Below, piece by piece: positions 37,022 through 46,188 of a stretch of 64,000 nt of DNA. Source of the stretch: Candidatus Hodarchaeota archaeon (GTDB lineage: Archaea; Asgardarchaeota; Lokiarchaeia; Sigyniarchaeales; SOKP01); contig JBHLJY010000001.1 of assembly GCA_048887225.1 (NCBI GenBank), forward strand, positions 32,388-96,387, given 5' to 3'. The notes beneath the pieces were generated by a model, which did no database searches, was not told the DNA's origin, and worked only from the letters and a program-made list of their open reading frames with translations. How positions within the stretch are numbered: the first letter of the stretch is position 1; each line of letters starts with the position of its first letter. Made by a program: the position numbers and the translations under genes.

Positions 37022-37792
37022 ATGGAGAATATAATTTATTGTTTTTCAGGCACAGGGAATTCTTTAAAAATAAGTCGAGACCTTGCTAAAGACTTGGAAA
37101 ATACAAAAATCATTGCTATTTCAAAAGCAATTAACGAGGAAATAAATTTTCCTATTAATAAAGTTGGCTTTGTTTTTCCCGTTTATTTCGGAGCACTCCC
37201 TCCTATTGTAGCAGAATTTATTAGAAAGCTAAACGTCGATCAAATAACTTATATCTATGCTGTTGCTACGTGTAATGATTTTCCAGGGGGAACCATCAAT
37301 ATTATAGCAAAAATTTTGAAAAATAAAGGGAAGAAATTAAACGCAAGCTTTGTTATTAAAATGCCGGGAAATTATATTCCGATGTATTCTCCACCATCTA
37401 AAGAGGACCAACTAAAAAGATTTAATATAGCAAATCAAAAAGTTAAAGAAATTATTAAAATCATTGAAGGGGCTAAATCAATTAAAAAAACACCTGGTTT
37501 GGGTAAATTACTCACATTCCTTCAAAAAAGAAACGATCGTAAATTACTCTTAAAGGATACAAATTTTTGGGTTGATGAAAATTGTAATAGCTGCGAAATT
37601 TGTCAAAAAATTTGCCCTGTCCAAAATATTGAAATAATTGAAGGGAAACCCCTATGGCTTCATAAATGTCAGCAATGTTTAGCTTGTTTACATTGGTGTC
37701 CAAAAGAAGCCATTCAATACGGGAAAAAAACAATAGGAAGGGCTCGCTATCACCATCCAGACGTCACATTAGAAGATCTAATAGATCAATAG
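37022..37792 (+). CDS. Flavodoxin-like domain + 2x[4Fe-4S] ferredoxin domain protein (EFR1-type)
   Basis: IIYCFSGTGNSLKISRDLA N-terminus; CNSCEICQKICP and CQQCLACLHWCP cluster motifs. Confidence 0.7.
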   Translation: MENIIYCFSGTGNSLKISRDLAKDLENTKIIAISKAINEEINFPINKVGFVFPVYFGALPPIVAEFIRKLNVDQITYIYAVATCNDFPGGTINIIAKILKNKGKKLNASFVIKMPGNYIPMYSPPSKEDQLKRFNIANQKVKEIIKIIEGAKSIKKTPGLGKLLTFLQKRNDRKLLLKDTNFWVDENCNSCEICQKICPVQNIEIIEGKPLWLHKCQQCLACLHWCPKEAIQYGKKTIGRARYHHPDVTLEDLIDQ

Positions 37793-37833
37793 CAACAATT
37801 CTTCTCCTTTATTTTATTAGCATCTATTTTAAT

Positions 37834-39312
37834 TTATAGATGAATTGGTCGTCCTTTTTTATGAATCGCTGTACCAATGACAGATTCTACACCCTCTAGG
37901 ACCATCTCTGATAGTGTTGGATGACTATGTATTGTATCAGCAACATGTTGAACGGTTAAACCATTTTGTATTGCTAAAGCAATCTCTGCGATTAATTCAG
38001 GTGCTTCAGCACCTATACATGACGCACCAATAATTTTTTGGGATACTTTATCAGCAAGAACCATTAAAAATCCATCTTCCTTACCCATACACTTAGCCTT
38101 GCCAAGAGATTTGTATGGAAATGTACCCATTAACACGTCAATACCTTGATTTTGTGCGATTTTTCTTCTTAGCCCTACTGATCCAATAATAGGATATGTC
38201 CATATAGTAGATGGTATTACTGCATAATTTGCTTTCATTTCCTTGACTGGAAAGCCTCCGATGCTTGATAACGCATTTGCTACCGCAATTTTACCCTCAT
38301 AACTACTCACATGAGCTAGCATAAGGCCACCTGTTACATCTCCTATAGCATATACTCCCTTAACATTAGTTTCTAAAGTATCTGGATTTACCTTAATTGC
38401 GCCTCGCTCAGTTTTAATTCCAAGTTCTTCAAGTCCAAGATTTTTGGATTCTTTTTTCCGACCATTTGTGACCAAGCAATATTCTGCTTCAAAGAAAGTC
38501 TTTTCAGCGGTGTTAATTTCCTCCCTAGGAACATTTGAAGAATAAGTTATAGCTTTAACTCCAGAACCTGTATTTTCAACCGATAAAACGTTCTGCGAAG
38601 TATAAAGTTCTATTCCTTTAGAAACCAATTTCTTTTGTAATTCTTTAATAATCAAAGATTCTTCGGTAGCTATAGGTGAAGGAAAAAATTCCAATAAGGT
38701 GATCTTACTACCAAACGATGCAAAAATAGTAGCAAATTCACAACCACTAACACCAGCCCCAATTATTAATAATCGTTTTGGTACTATTGTAAAAGTTGGT
38801 TCTAAAATATCATCAGTAGTTAAAATTCGTTTATGATCAATATTAAAATTAGGTATAATAGCTGGTGATGAGCCAGTTGCGATTATCATTCTTTTAGCGA
38901 TAATAGTCTTATTATCTTGACCTTGAATTGAAACTTTAAATCCAGTATTGATATCTCCACCTAAAATCTTACCAAAACCATAATAAACGTCGTTTTTCCA
39001 CGCTTTTTCTAGGGCTTTAATACCTTCAGTTAATTCTTGAACAATTCTATTCTTTCTTTCAACAGCATTAGTAAAATTTAATTTATATTCTTTAATTTCA
39101 ATTCCAAAATCTTCCGCGTTCTTAATTTTCTCAATTAGTTCCGCTGAAGTGTACAAAGCCTTTGTAGGTATACACCCTCTATTAAGACAAGTTCCTCCCA
39201 ATTTATCTTTCTCAATTAAAGCAACTTTTGCACCATACTGCGCCGCTCTAATCGCTGCTTGGTAGCCTCCTGGACCGGCTCCTAATATCGCAATATCGTA
39301 TTGTTCGCTCAT
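37834..39312 (-). CDS. lpdA: Dihydrolipoyl dehydrogenase (E3) family flavoprotein disulfide reductase
   Basis: YDIAILGAGPGGYQAAIRAAQ, redox-active GGTCLNRGCIPTK, second Rossmann LLIIGAGVSGCEFA, and C-terminal HSHPTLSE dimerisation motif. No E1/E2 genes adjacent. Confidence 0.85.
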   Translation of the reverse strand: MSEQYDIAILGAGPGGYQAAIRAAQYGAKVALIEKDKLGGTCLNRGCIPTKALYTSAELIEKIKNAEDFGIEIKEYKLNFTNAVERKNRIVQELTEGIKALEKAWKNDVYYGFGKILGGDINTGFKVSIQGQDNKTIIAKRMIIATGSSPAIIPNFNIDHKRILTTDDILEPTFTIVPKRLLIIGAGVSGCEFATIFASFGSKITLLEFFPSPIATEESLIIKELQKKLVSKGIELYTSQNVLSVENTGSGVKAITYSSNVPREEINTAEKTFFEAEYCLVTNGRKKESKNLGLEELGIKTERGAIKVNPDTLETNVKGVYAIGDVTGGLMLAHVSSYEGKIAVANALSSIGGFPVKEMKANYAVIPSTIWTYPIIGSVGLRRKIAQNQGIDVLMGTFPYKSLGKAKCMGKEDGFLMVLADKVSQKIIGASCIGAEAPELIAEIALAIQNGLTVQHVADTIHSHPTLSEMVLEGVESVIGTAIHKKGRPIHL

Positions 39313-39388
39313 TTTCTAATCAATTTCAGTAAATAATATGAAATATATACTTCTAATTAATTCTATCAAATTAATAATTTGATAAAAA

Positions 39389-40807
39389 GTGATATTACTG
39401 TTTATTAAAAATTTTTCTCAGTTTTTTACAAGAAATTTGAAAGAATCCCAATTAAATTTAAGAAAAGTCGGATTGGAATCATTAGAGAAAGCACTAGATG
39501 CAGTAAAGCCTGAAAATTTAATGGCAAAATCTATCAAAATTCAAAATAATTTTTTAATCGTTCAAAAAGATAGATTTAATCTAAGTAATTATGATAAAAT
39601 ATATATTATTGGTGGGGGTAAGGCTACAGCGCAGATGGTTCTCTCTCTCGAGAAAATCTTGCTAGAATCTACTAACATCCAGTATGAAGGTATTGTAAAT
39701 ATTCCAAAGGGACTAGACATTATTTCAAATATAACTGGAAAAATTATTTTTAATTACGCTTCACACCCAATTCCAAAGGAGAATGGATTAAGCGGAACTA
39801 AATCAATGATGGAAATTATTAAAAAAACCTCAAATAGAGATTTAGTTATTTGTTTAATATCTGGAGGAGGGTCTGCTTTATTACCTTTACCTAAAAAAGG
39901 GATAAAAATCAACGATTTACAAGAAGTAAACTCGTTGCTTTTAGCATGTGGAGCGTCAATACACGAAATTAATACTGTTCGGAAGCATTTGTCTGATTTT
40001 AAAGGGGGTAATCTCGCTAAGAAATTGTACAACTCAAGCAGAGCTACATTAATCACTTTAATTATATCAGATGTAGTGGGAGACAATCTTGATTCAATAG
40101 CTTCTGGACCAACTGTACCAGATAAGACTACATTCAGTGAAGCTGTAGAAATTTTTAAAAAATATAGTATCTTTGAAAGTCTTCCGACTTCCGTCAAAAA
40201 TATTTTAGAGAGAGGAATAAATAATGAAGAATTAGAAAATCCAAAATCCTCTGATATTTGTTTTAATAATGTTCATAACTATTTAATAGGAAGTGTTACT
40301 TCGGCAGTTGAAGAAATAAGATTTTATTTAAGAGAACGGGATTTTGAAGTAGATTATTTTTCTAACGAAATTACGGGGGAAGCACAAGATTTTGGAAGAA
40401 AACTCTATCAAGTACTAATTCAAAAAATAAAAGAAAAATTTAATCAAGATAAAATTGCGTTAATTGGAACGGGTGAATTAACGGTTACAATTAAAGGCAA
40501 TGGGATTGGAGGAAGAAATCAAGAAATGCTTTTAGCATTTCTTGATTTTATTAAAGAAAAGAGAATTCTTAATGATTTTTTAATAATTGCTGCCAATTTA
40601 GATGGTATTGAGGGTAACAGCAAAGCAATGGGTGCTCTAGTTGATAATTTTACCTTATCTCAAACCAATAGAAAAAAAATCGATACTAAAAAATATCTAG
40701 ATAACAATGACTCTAATAGCTTTTTCAAAGCTCTTAAAAGCGAAATAATTTCAGGTCCAACAGGTTGTAATGTGAACGACATTTTAATTATATTAATAGA
40801 GAAATAG
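39389..40807 (+). CDS. Glycerate 2-kinase / hydroxypyruvate reductase-like (DUF4147 + MOFRL domains)
   Basis: IYIIGGGKATAQM, LISGGGSALLPLP, TVRKHLSDFKGG, and C-terminal MOFRL-like GTGELTVTIKGNGIGGRNQE...GPTGCNVND. GTG start at 39389, with no in-frame ATG until residue 45. Confidence 0.75.
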   Translation: MILLFIKNFSQFFTRNLKESQLNLRKVGLESLEKALDAVKPENLMAKSIKIQNNFLIVQKDRFNLSNYDKIYIIGGGKATAQMVLSLEKILLESTNIQYEGIVNIPKGLDIISNITGKIIFNYASHPIPKENGLSGTKSMMEIIKKTSNRDLVICLISGGGSALLPLPKKGIKINDLQEVNSLLLACGASIHEINTVRKHLSDFKGGNLAKKLYNSSRATLITLIISDVVGDNLDSIASGPTVPDKTTFSEAVEIFKKYSIFESLPTSVKNILERGINNEELENPKSSDICFNNVHNYLIGSVTSAVEEIRFYLRERDFEVDYFSNEITGEAQDFGRKLYQVLIQKIKEKFNQDKIALIGTGELTVTIKGNGIGGRNQEMLLAFLDFIKEKRILNDFLIIAANLDGIEGNSKAMGALVDNFTLSQTNRKKIDTKKYLDNNDSNSFFKALKSEIISGPTGCNVNDILIILIEK

Positions 40808-40881
40808 AATCTGTAATAATTAATACCTAAATTTCTTTTAATTATATGAGTTAATTAAATAATAGATTAGGAGTTAAAATA

Positions 40882-41049
40882 ATGAATAAGAATTTAATAA
40901 GAACCTGTCCGGCATGTGGGTATAGCTTTAGACCGTTTGATTCACAAAAGAAAGAAAAGATAAAGACATGTCCAATGTGCGGTTATAAATTTATTGAACC
41001 AACCATCTTGCCAGAGAAACCAAAAGATTTTAATAATAAATATATTTAA
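40882..41049 (+). CDS. Small zinc-ribbon protein (55 aa), not in ORF track
   Basis: Hand translation: MNKNLIRTCPACGYSFRPFDSQKKEKIKTCPMCGYKFIEPTILPEKPKDFNNKYI*. Two CPxCGY knuckles; ggag lies 9 nt upstream of the ATG. Confidence 0.5.
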   Translation: MNKNLIRTCPACGYSFRPFDSQKKEKIKTCPMCGYKFIEPTILPEKPKDFNNKYI

Positions 41050-41154
41050 ATGGGATTTTTAGACAATTTTCACTTAATCTCCCCCATACAAATCACATAT
41101 AAATAAAATCCTAAACAAAAGTAAAGCTCCTAAAAATGAGGACTCTACCGAAAT

Positions 41155-41589
41155 TTAAACAAAATAAGCTTTTATTTCATCCTTAAAAGGTTCAAACAAA
41201 GTTATATTTGTAAAATCTCCCCCATCGTATTTTTGACGGAAATTTTCTAAGATAGGATTTGTTTTTTTTAAAAATTTAAATACTAATTTATCTGGATTTT
41301 TTTTTTTCTTCTCAGTTAATCCGTACAAAATCAATGGTTCAGCAGATTTTGATCTTTTGGATTTCACTTCTGACATTTTGAAAATAAATAATATATTGCC
41401 ACTTTCTAGATATTCTAAATTATTATTGCTAAAGGCGGTTTCAGCAAATATACTAATTGCTGATACAAAGGCACCTCTCAAATCCTTTTTAACACCATCT
41501 TCCTTGTGAGCAGGAAGCTCTTTAAAGGTATGACTTACGATAGTAAATCCACGAAATATAAATCCAATTTCATAGATTAAATCTTTCAT
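41155..41589 (-). CDS. Hypothetical protein, possible longin/roadblock-like small alpha-beta domain
   Basis: 144 aa. The alternating pattern IYEIGFIFRGFTIVSH (beta-beta), LRGAFVSAISIFAETAF (helix), LEYLESGNILFIFKM / PLILYGL (beta strands), then helices, is compatible with that fold class. Pattern-level inference only. Confidence 0.35.
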   Translation of the reverse strand: MKDLIYEIGFIFRGFTIVSHTFKELPAHKEDGVKKDLRGAFVSAISIFAETAFSNNNLEYLESGNILFIFKMSEVKSKRSKSAEPLILYGLTEKKKKNPDKLVFKFLKKTNPILENFRQKYDGGDFTNITLFEPFKDEIKAYFV

Positions 41590-41742
41590 TAAAATTAGTT
41601 TATAATAAAAATGTTGTTTTCTTAAGAAATTAAATAATAATTTTTCTATTTAACTTTTTAACTTTTATAAATACATTTTAAAAAAATCGAGGTTTATCTT
41701 CCTAATAATTCAAATTCAAATTTTTGAATTAGATATAATATT

Positions 41743-42429
41743 TTAAAAGACTAAAGAGTCTCCGACATAGATATTTTTAAATTGATCAGGAAACTTATTC
41801 TTTAATAAATCTATATGTTGTGTGCAATGGGTCGCACCTATAAAATCAATACCTTCTAAGCAACTAAATTTTCGAAATCCATGAAATCCTCCTATTATCG
41901 CCTTAATTTTACCAATAATTTTCCCCCTCGATATAATTTCGTCTAAGCCTGGATGAGAGCAACCAACAATAGCTATTAAATAGCCTTCTTCTGTTTTTAA
42001 AAATATAGCCTGTTCTTTTAAATAATTTCCTAATTGTCCTGTAGAATATATATTTTGTTCGATTAGAATTTTATCTGAAACTCCTATAACTCGTGATTTT
42101 TGATATTTTCTTTTATATGATATTAAATTCTCAGTAGGTACATATATTTCTATGTTAGAATTTTTATTATATACCCCATCTAAACCCCCAATGTGTTCAT
42201 AATGATTGTGAGAAATTATAACTTTTGATATATCTGAAATGTCAATGTCAAATTGTTCTATATTATGAATTAATGCTTCACTATTACTGCCTGTATCAAA
42301 TAACAAGTAGTTTTCAGTAAAATTGTTATAAATTAAAACTGAAAATCCAAAATCAGAGATAAATCTATCTTCAATCTTATTATTATCAAATGCAATTTTG
42401 ATTTCGAATGAAGCTAAAACGGTTTCCAT
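41743..42429 (-). CDS. MBL-fold metallo-hydrolase
   Basis: VIISHNHYEHIGG (HxHxEH variant of HxHxDH), later GCSHPG and GGFHG/ATHCT metal-ligand contexts. Confidence 0.75.
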   Translation of the reverse strand: METVLASFEIKIAFDNNKIEDRFISDFGFSVLIYNNFTENYLLFDTGSNSEALIHNIEQFDIDISDISKVIISHNHYEHIGGLDGVYNKNSNIEIYVPTENLISYKRKYQKSRVIGVSDKILIEQNIYSTGQLGNYLKEQAIFLKTEEGYLIAIVGCSHPGLDEIISRGKIIGKIKAIIGGFHGFRKFSCLEGIDFIGATHCTQHIDLLKNKFPDQFKNIYVGDSLVF

Positions 42430-42603
42430 ATGTTAAAAAGTAATATAATTTTATTTATATTGTTTACATTTTCTGTAGATATTCAATATTAAATAAAAAA
42501 TATTTTTAATTAAAAAGGAATTCTATATCAAGTTATCTTCTTGGAAATTCAGATTTTTTATCCATGTAAATACATTTATTTAGCTTTTCTTATTTTAGTT
42601 AAT

Positions 42604-43125
42604 ATGACTGATATAAATGAAAAATTTGACAATAAAATTAAAGATCTAGAAGAAACTCTACCTTATCTCAAAAGAGAGGCTAATTGCTCTGTCCTAACTT
42701 TAACTTCTGTCCTTGAAATCCTTGGCATACCAGAATTACGAAGTTTTTATTTTAATAATCTTGCTGTTCCACTTGCGGGAGGTTTTGGAGGTTTTAAGTC
42801 AGAAAAAGGTTGGAAAGGACCATGTGGTGCAGTGTGTGGTGGATGTGCTGCCATAGGAATAATTATAGGAGGGAAGGAAAAACTTAAATTCAAAGATCAT
42901 ATGAAGGCTTATCAAAAAGCAGCAATTTACGCTCATAACTTCGAAAAAGAATTTGGAAGCGTTGCTTGTAAGGAGTTATGCGGTACTGATTTTACCGATT
43001 TAAATTCTATCAATCAATATATGGAAAATAAAATATGGGAGAAACAGTGTTATAAATACGTCGTATTTGGCGTAGATCAAGTAAGAAAGCTGACGTCGTT
43101 AGAGTTAAAAAGGAAATGGCAATAA
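42604..43125 (+). CDS. C_GCAxxG_C_C family protein
   Basis: NCSVLTL..., GPCGAVCGGCAAIG (C-GCAxxG-C-C signature), and ACKELCG. ATG at 42604; the listed ORF starts at TTG 42541. Confidence 0.75.
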   Translation: MTDINEKFDNKIKDLEETLPYLKREANCSVLTLTSVLEILGIPELRSFYFNNLAVPLAGGFGGFKSEKGWKGPCGAVCGGCAAIGIIIGGKEKLKFKDHMKAYQKAAIYAHNFEKEFGSVACKELCGTDFTDLNSINQYMENKIWEKQCYKYVVFGVDQVRKLTSLELKRKWQ

Positions 43126-43304
43126 ATCATTCTGCTTACAGATAAAGTTTTAAAACAAAAAACTAATACTTATATTTTTATTCTCTCAATAGTTTTATCA
43201 AAATTAAAAATGTGAAATTAAAAATTTTTTAAGCAAATAATATATTATAATTATAATTTTAAAATTAATAATTTTTAATTTACTAATAGTGAAGAGAAAA
43301 AACT

Positions 43305-43550
43305 ATGGAAAAGGACAATGAAAGCCGAAAATGTCCCTACTGTGGTGTTACATTACAGCGTCCCTATTGGGTACACATTCAATCTAAACATCCAGCAGAA
43401 TACGCTAAAAACGAGACCTGGATACAGCTTTACAAGGATTATACAAGTATGGGGATGGATCAATCAATGTCTTTAATGGTTATATCAGAATTATTTAACC
43501 AATCAATAAAAGACGTGAAATCTTATCTAAAAGAGAATGGCATTCTATAA
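43305..43550 (+). CDS. Small C2H2-like zinc-finger protein
   Basis: CPYC-x10-H-x4-H (CPYCGVTLQRPYWVHIQSKH). 81 aa with a helical C-terminal half. Confidence 0.55.
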   Translation: MEKDNESRKCPYCGVTLQRPYWVHIQSKHPAEYAKNETWIQLYKDYTSMGMDQSMSLMVISELFNQSIKDVKSYLKENGIL

Positions 43551-43647
43551 TTTCCTTTTTTGCTTTTTCTTTTAAGGCCGTATAATAATAAATAGAAAAA
43601 GAAAATGAATACCTAAATTTTACGCATATTAAGTTCTTTAAAAGTAG

Positions 43648-43947
43648 TTAAAATTCCTCCTCTTCCTCTTCTTTTAAGAGGCCAGATTGTTTTAACATGT
43701 CCTCTATTGAATCTCGTGTTTTTATGATTGATTCGTTCTCATGAAGGTTGAGTTTTTCTAACACATCATCTGAAAATTCCATGAATTTCTTTATAGAAGA
43801 TGACGAAAAGTCTTTTATCTTTTCTTGAGTTTCTTTCACCCATTCTTTTCCACTCTCACCAAATACATTACCGACGAAGTCCACGAATGCATTATTTATT
43901 TTATCTAAAAGTTTCTCTTCTTTTTCTTCCCCTTCTTCTTCACTCAT
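43648..43947 (-). CDS. Acidic hypothetical protein
   Basis: 99 aa with Glu-rich termini (MSEEEGEEKEEK..., ...KEEEEEEF). No motif recognised. Confidence 0.5.
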   Translation of the reverse strand: MSEEEGEEKEEKLLDKINNAFVDFVGNVFGESGKEWVKETQEKIKDFSSSSIKKFMEFSDDVLEKLNLHENESIIKTRDSIEDMLKQSGLLKEEEEEEF

Positions 43948-44115
43948 TTTTTTTACCTATTTTCTGATATTTAACTTTTGTATTTTTAAAATTAATTCGT
44001 ATTTTATTAATAATTTTTTCAATTTTTTCTTTATATTTCTTATATTATTTTTCTCTTTTTAGAAGAAATTAAGTAGTAAGAAAATTAGAAAAAAATTAAT
44101 TTAAAAAATTATATT

Positions 44116-44664
44116 TCATTCAAAGGACTTAAATTTATCCCTTTTGGCACCGCAAATTGGACACTTATCAGGTATTTCGCCTTCTAAAGTATAACCACAT
44201 ATTCCACAAACTTGTATAGGTCCAATTTCTACATCTTTTTTTCTTTCAACTGATTTTTTTGCTTTTTCGTAGAGTTTTTTATGTTCTTTTTCAGTAGTTA
44301 ATGCCCATTCAAATGTTTGGATTGCCCCTTTTTCTCCTTGAAATTTTGCTGTTTCTATATAAACAGGATACATTTCTGTAATTTCAAAAGATTCTCCTGC
44401 GATTCCTAAGTCTAAATTTTTTGCGGTATCACCTGGTCCAAAAGCCCCCATACTATTGGCAACGAATCCTCCATTTAGGTGTGTTAGTTCTCTATAATGA
44501 TCACCAGCATGTACATATTCGGCATGAGCTATTGCTTCAAAAAGCCGGGAAACATTATCAAATCCTTCTTTTTTTGCCATGACGGCAAAATGGAGATAAC
44601 GCATGTGGGCCATACTCTCTCCACCAAACGCATTTAAAAGATTTTGTTCTGTCATTTGTTTCAT
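44116..44664 (-). CDS. rbr: Rubrerythrin
   Basis: Ferritin-like diiron motifs (GESMAHMRY, EAIAHAEYVH, EITEMYP, ALTTEKEH) plus a C-terminal rubredoxin-like CGICGY...CPICG. Confidence 0.85.
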   Translation of the reverse strand: MKQMTEQNLLNAFGGESMAHMRYLHFAVMAKKEGFDNVSRLFEAIAHAEYVHAGDHYRELTHLNGGFVANSMGAFGPGDTAKNLDLGIAGESFEITEMYPVYIETAKFQGEKGAIQTFEWALTTEKEHKKLYEKAKKSVERKKDVEIGPIQVCGICGYTLEGEIPDKCPICGAKRDKFKSFE

Positions 44665-44759
44665 ATAGATTTGCCTCTGTTATTTGGATAATCATTTTAT
44701 TATTTGATTAAGTTATTTTCATTTTTAAATATAATTTTTAACAATTAAAAAAGAGTGAA

Positions 44760-46187
44760 TTATGAAGCACTAATATAACTTATATTATCTTTGATATAAG
44801 AAACGAGCTTTATTGCACTATCCGCTGCCAATTCAGTTCCAATCCCTCTAGCTTGTACATCTGCACCTACATAATAAAGACCTTTAATTGGTGAGATAGC
44901 TGATGGACGATTTTCTCCTGTTTGTTCAGGAGTTTGAGCTAATCCTATAGCGCCCCCACCGAACCTTCCAGTCCAATTAGATATATCCTTTGGTGTAGTA
45001 ATTTCGACCCACATTGCTTTATCGAATATATTGGGAAAAACTCTATTGATATTATCTTTCAGTTGCGTAATCCAAGGTTGAAAATCTATGTTTGGATCAT
45101 TTGGACAAGGAGTGCCAATTGTTAATAGTTGGATTCCCGCTGGTGCCAGGTCTGGATCCAAATTTGATGGGATGGGTATGAAGAGAAACATATTTTTAGG
45201 TGGTTTACCCGCATCTATATCTCTAAAAGATTTTTCGGAATTTTCTGGCATCACTACTATGCAAGGATGATTTGTAATTTTATCCTTTACAGCGATTTTC
45301 ATACTAAGATAGCCTAGTGATTCTTTCAGATTTTTTATATAATTTACATACTCCTTAGTAAAACTTTTTTCGCCTACTAATTTTAGCACAGTTTCTTTTA
45401 TGCCTGCATTACTTATAATAATTTCAGAATTAATGATATTTTCATCAACCGTCTCAACGCCAATAACTCTTTCATTCCCAACAAGAATTCGCTTTATTTG
45501 AATGTGCTTTTTTATCTCAGCTCCATGATCGCTAGCTACTTCCATAAAAGCTTTAGATAGCGAAGAAGATCCTCCTTTGACGTAGCCAAAAGATGAATCT
45601 ATAAACATATTTCTAAAGCAGTAAATAAATTCTCCAGCAGAAGCCCTGTAATAAGGTAATGCAAAATAAAGAATACAAACGCAATTTAAAAAATCGTGCA
45701 TGGCAAGATTATTGGTGTAATTAGATACCCAAGATTTTAAGTCCTTAGTGTCGAAAGTTTTAATATCAGATTCGCTCGCTGAAAGTATAGCCATGAACAT
45801 TTGAATCACCTTATCTATTTCTTCGGAATCAAGAGAGTGGAAATCTAAAAATTTTCGCATATTTTCCGGTCTTGAAAAAAATAATGGCATGAGAAAGCTT
45901 TTATTAGCATATTTAATTTCTGTGGCTGGATCGTTATAAATCCACTTGAGTTTTTCCTCAGCTTTGAATTCTTTTAAAACCTGACTGAGAGGTCCATTCT
46001 CGCAGCGTGAAAACATGTGTACTCCTGCTTCAAGGGTGAATCCATCCTTATTATAAGTAGAAGCTTTACCGCCTACAGAATTATTTTTTTCTAAAATGAT
46101 CGGTTTTAAATTAGTTTTAGCTAATAAAGCACAGCAAGCAGATCCTCCTATTCCCCCGCCTACGATTATTACTGAAGAAATCGTTTC
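44760..46187 (-). CDS. FAD/NAD(P)-dependent oxidoreductase (phytoene desaturase/amine oxidase-like); start codon problem or 1-nt frameshift at the 5' end
   Basis: The listed ORF (44760-46016) starts at an internal Met. The same frame stays open upstream to 46217 and encodes the missing Rossmann motif ISSVIIVGGGIGGSACCALLAKTNLKPIILEKNNSVGGKA. There is no ATG/GTG/TTG in that frame. An ATG at 46187-46189 is out of frame by one base. Confidence 0.65.
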   Translation of the reverse strand, partial: ETISSVIIVGGGIGGSACCALLAKTNLKPIILEKNNSVGGKASTYNKDGFTLEAGVHMFSRCENGPLSQVLKEFKAEEKLKWIYNDPATEIKYANKSFLMPLFFSRPENMRKFLDFHSLDSEEIDKVIQMFMAILSASESDIKTFDTKDLKSWVSNYTNNLAMHDFLNCVCILYFALPYYRASAGEFIYCFRNMFIDSSFGYVKGGSSSLSKAFMEVASDHGAEIKKHIQIKRILVGNERVIGVETVDENIINSEIIISNAGIKETVLKLVGEKSFTKEYVNYIKNLKESLGYLSMKIAVKDKITNHPCIVVMPENSEKSFRDIDAGKPPKNMFLFIPIPSNLDPDLAPAGIQLLTIGTPCPNDPNIDFQPWITQLKDNINRVFPNIFDKAMWVEITTPKDISNWTGRFGGGAIGLAQTPEQTGENRPSAISPIKGLYYVGADVQARGIGTELAADSAIKLVSYIKDNISYISAS

Positions 46188-46188
46188 A

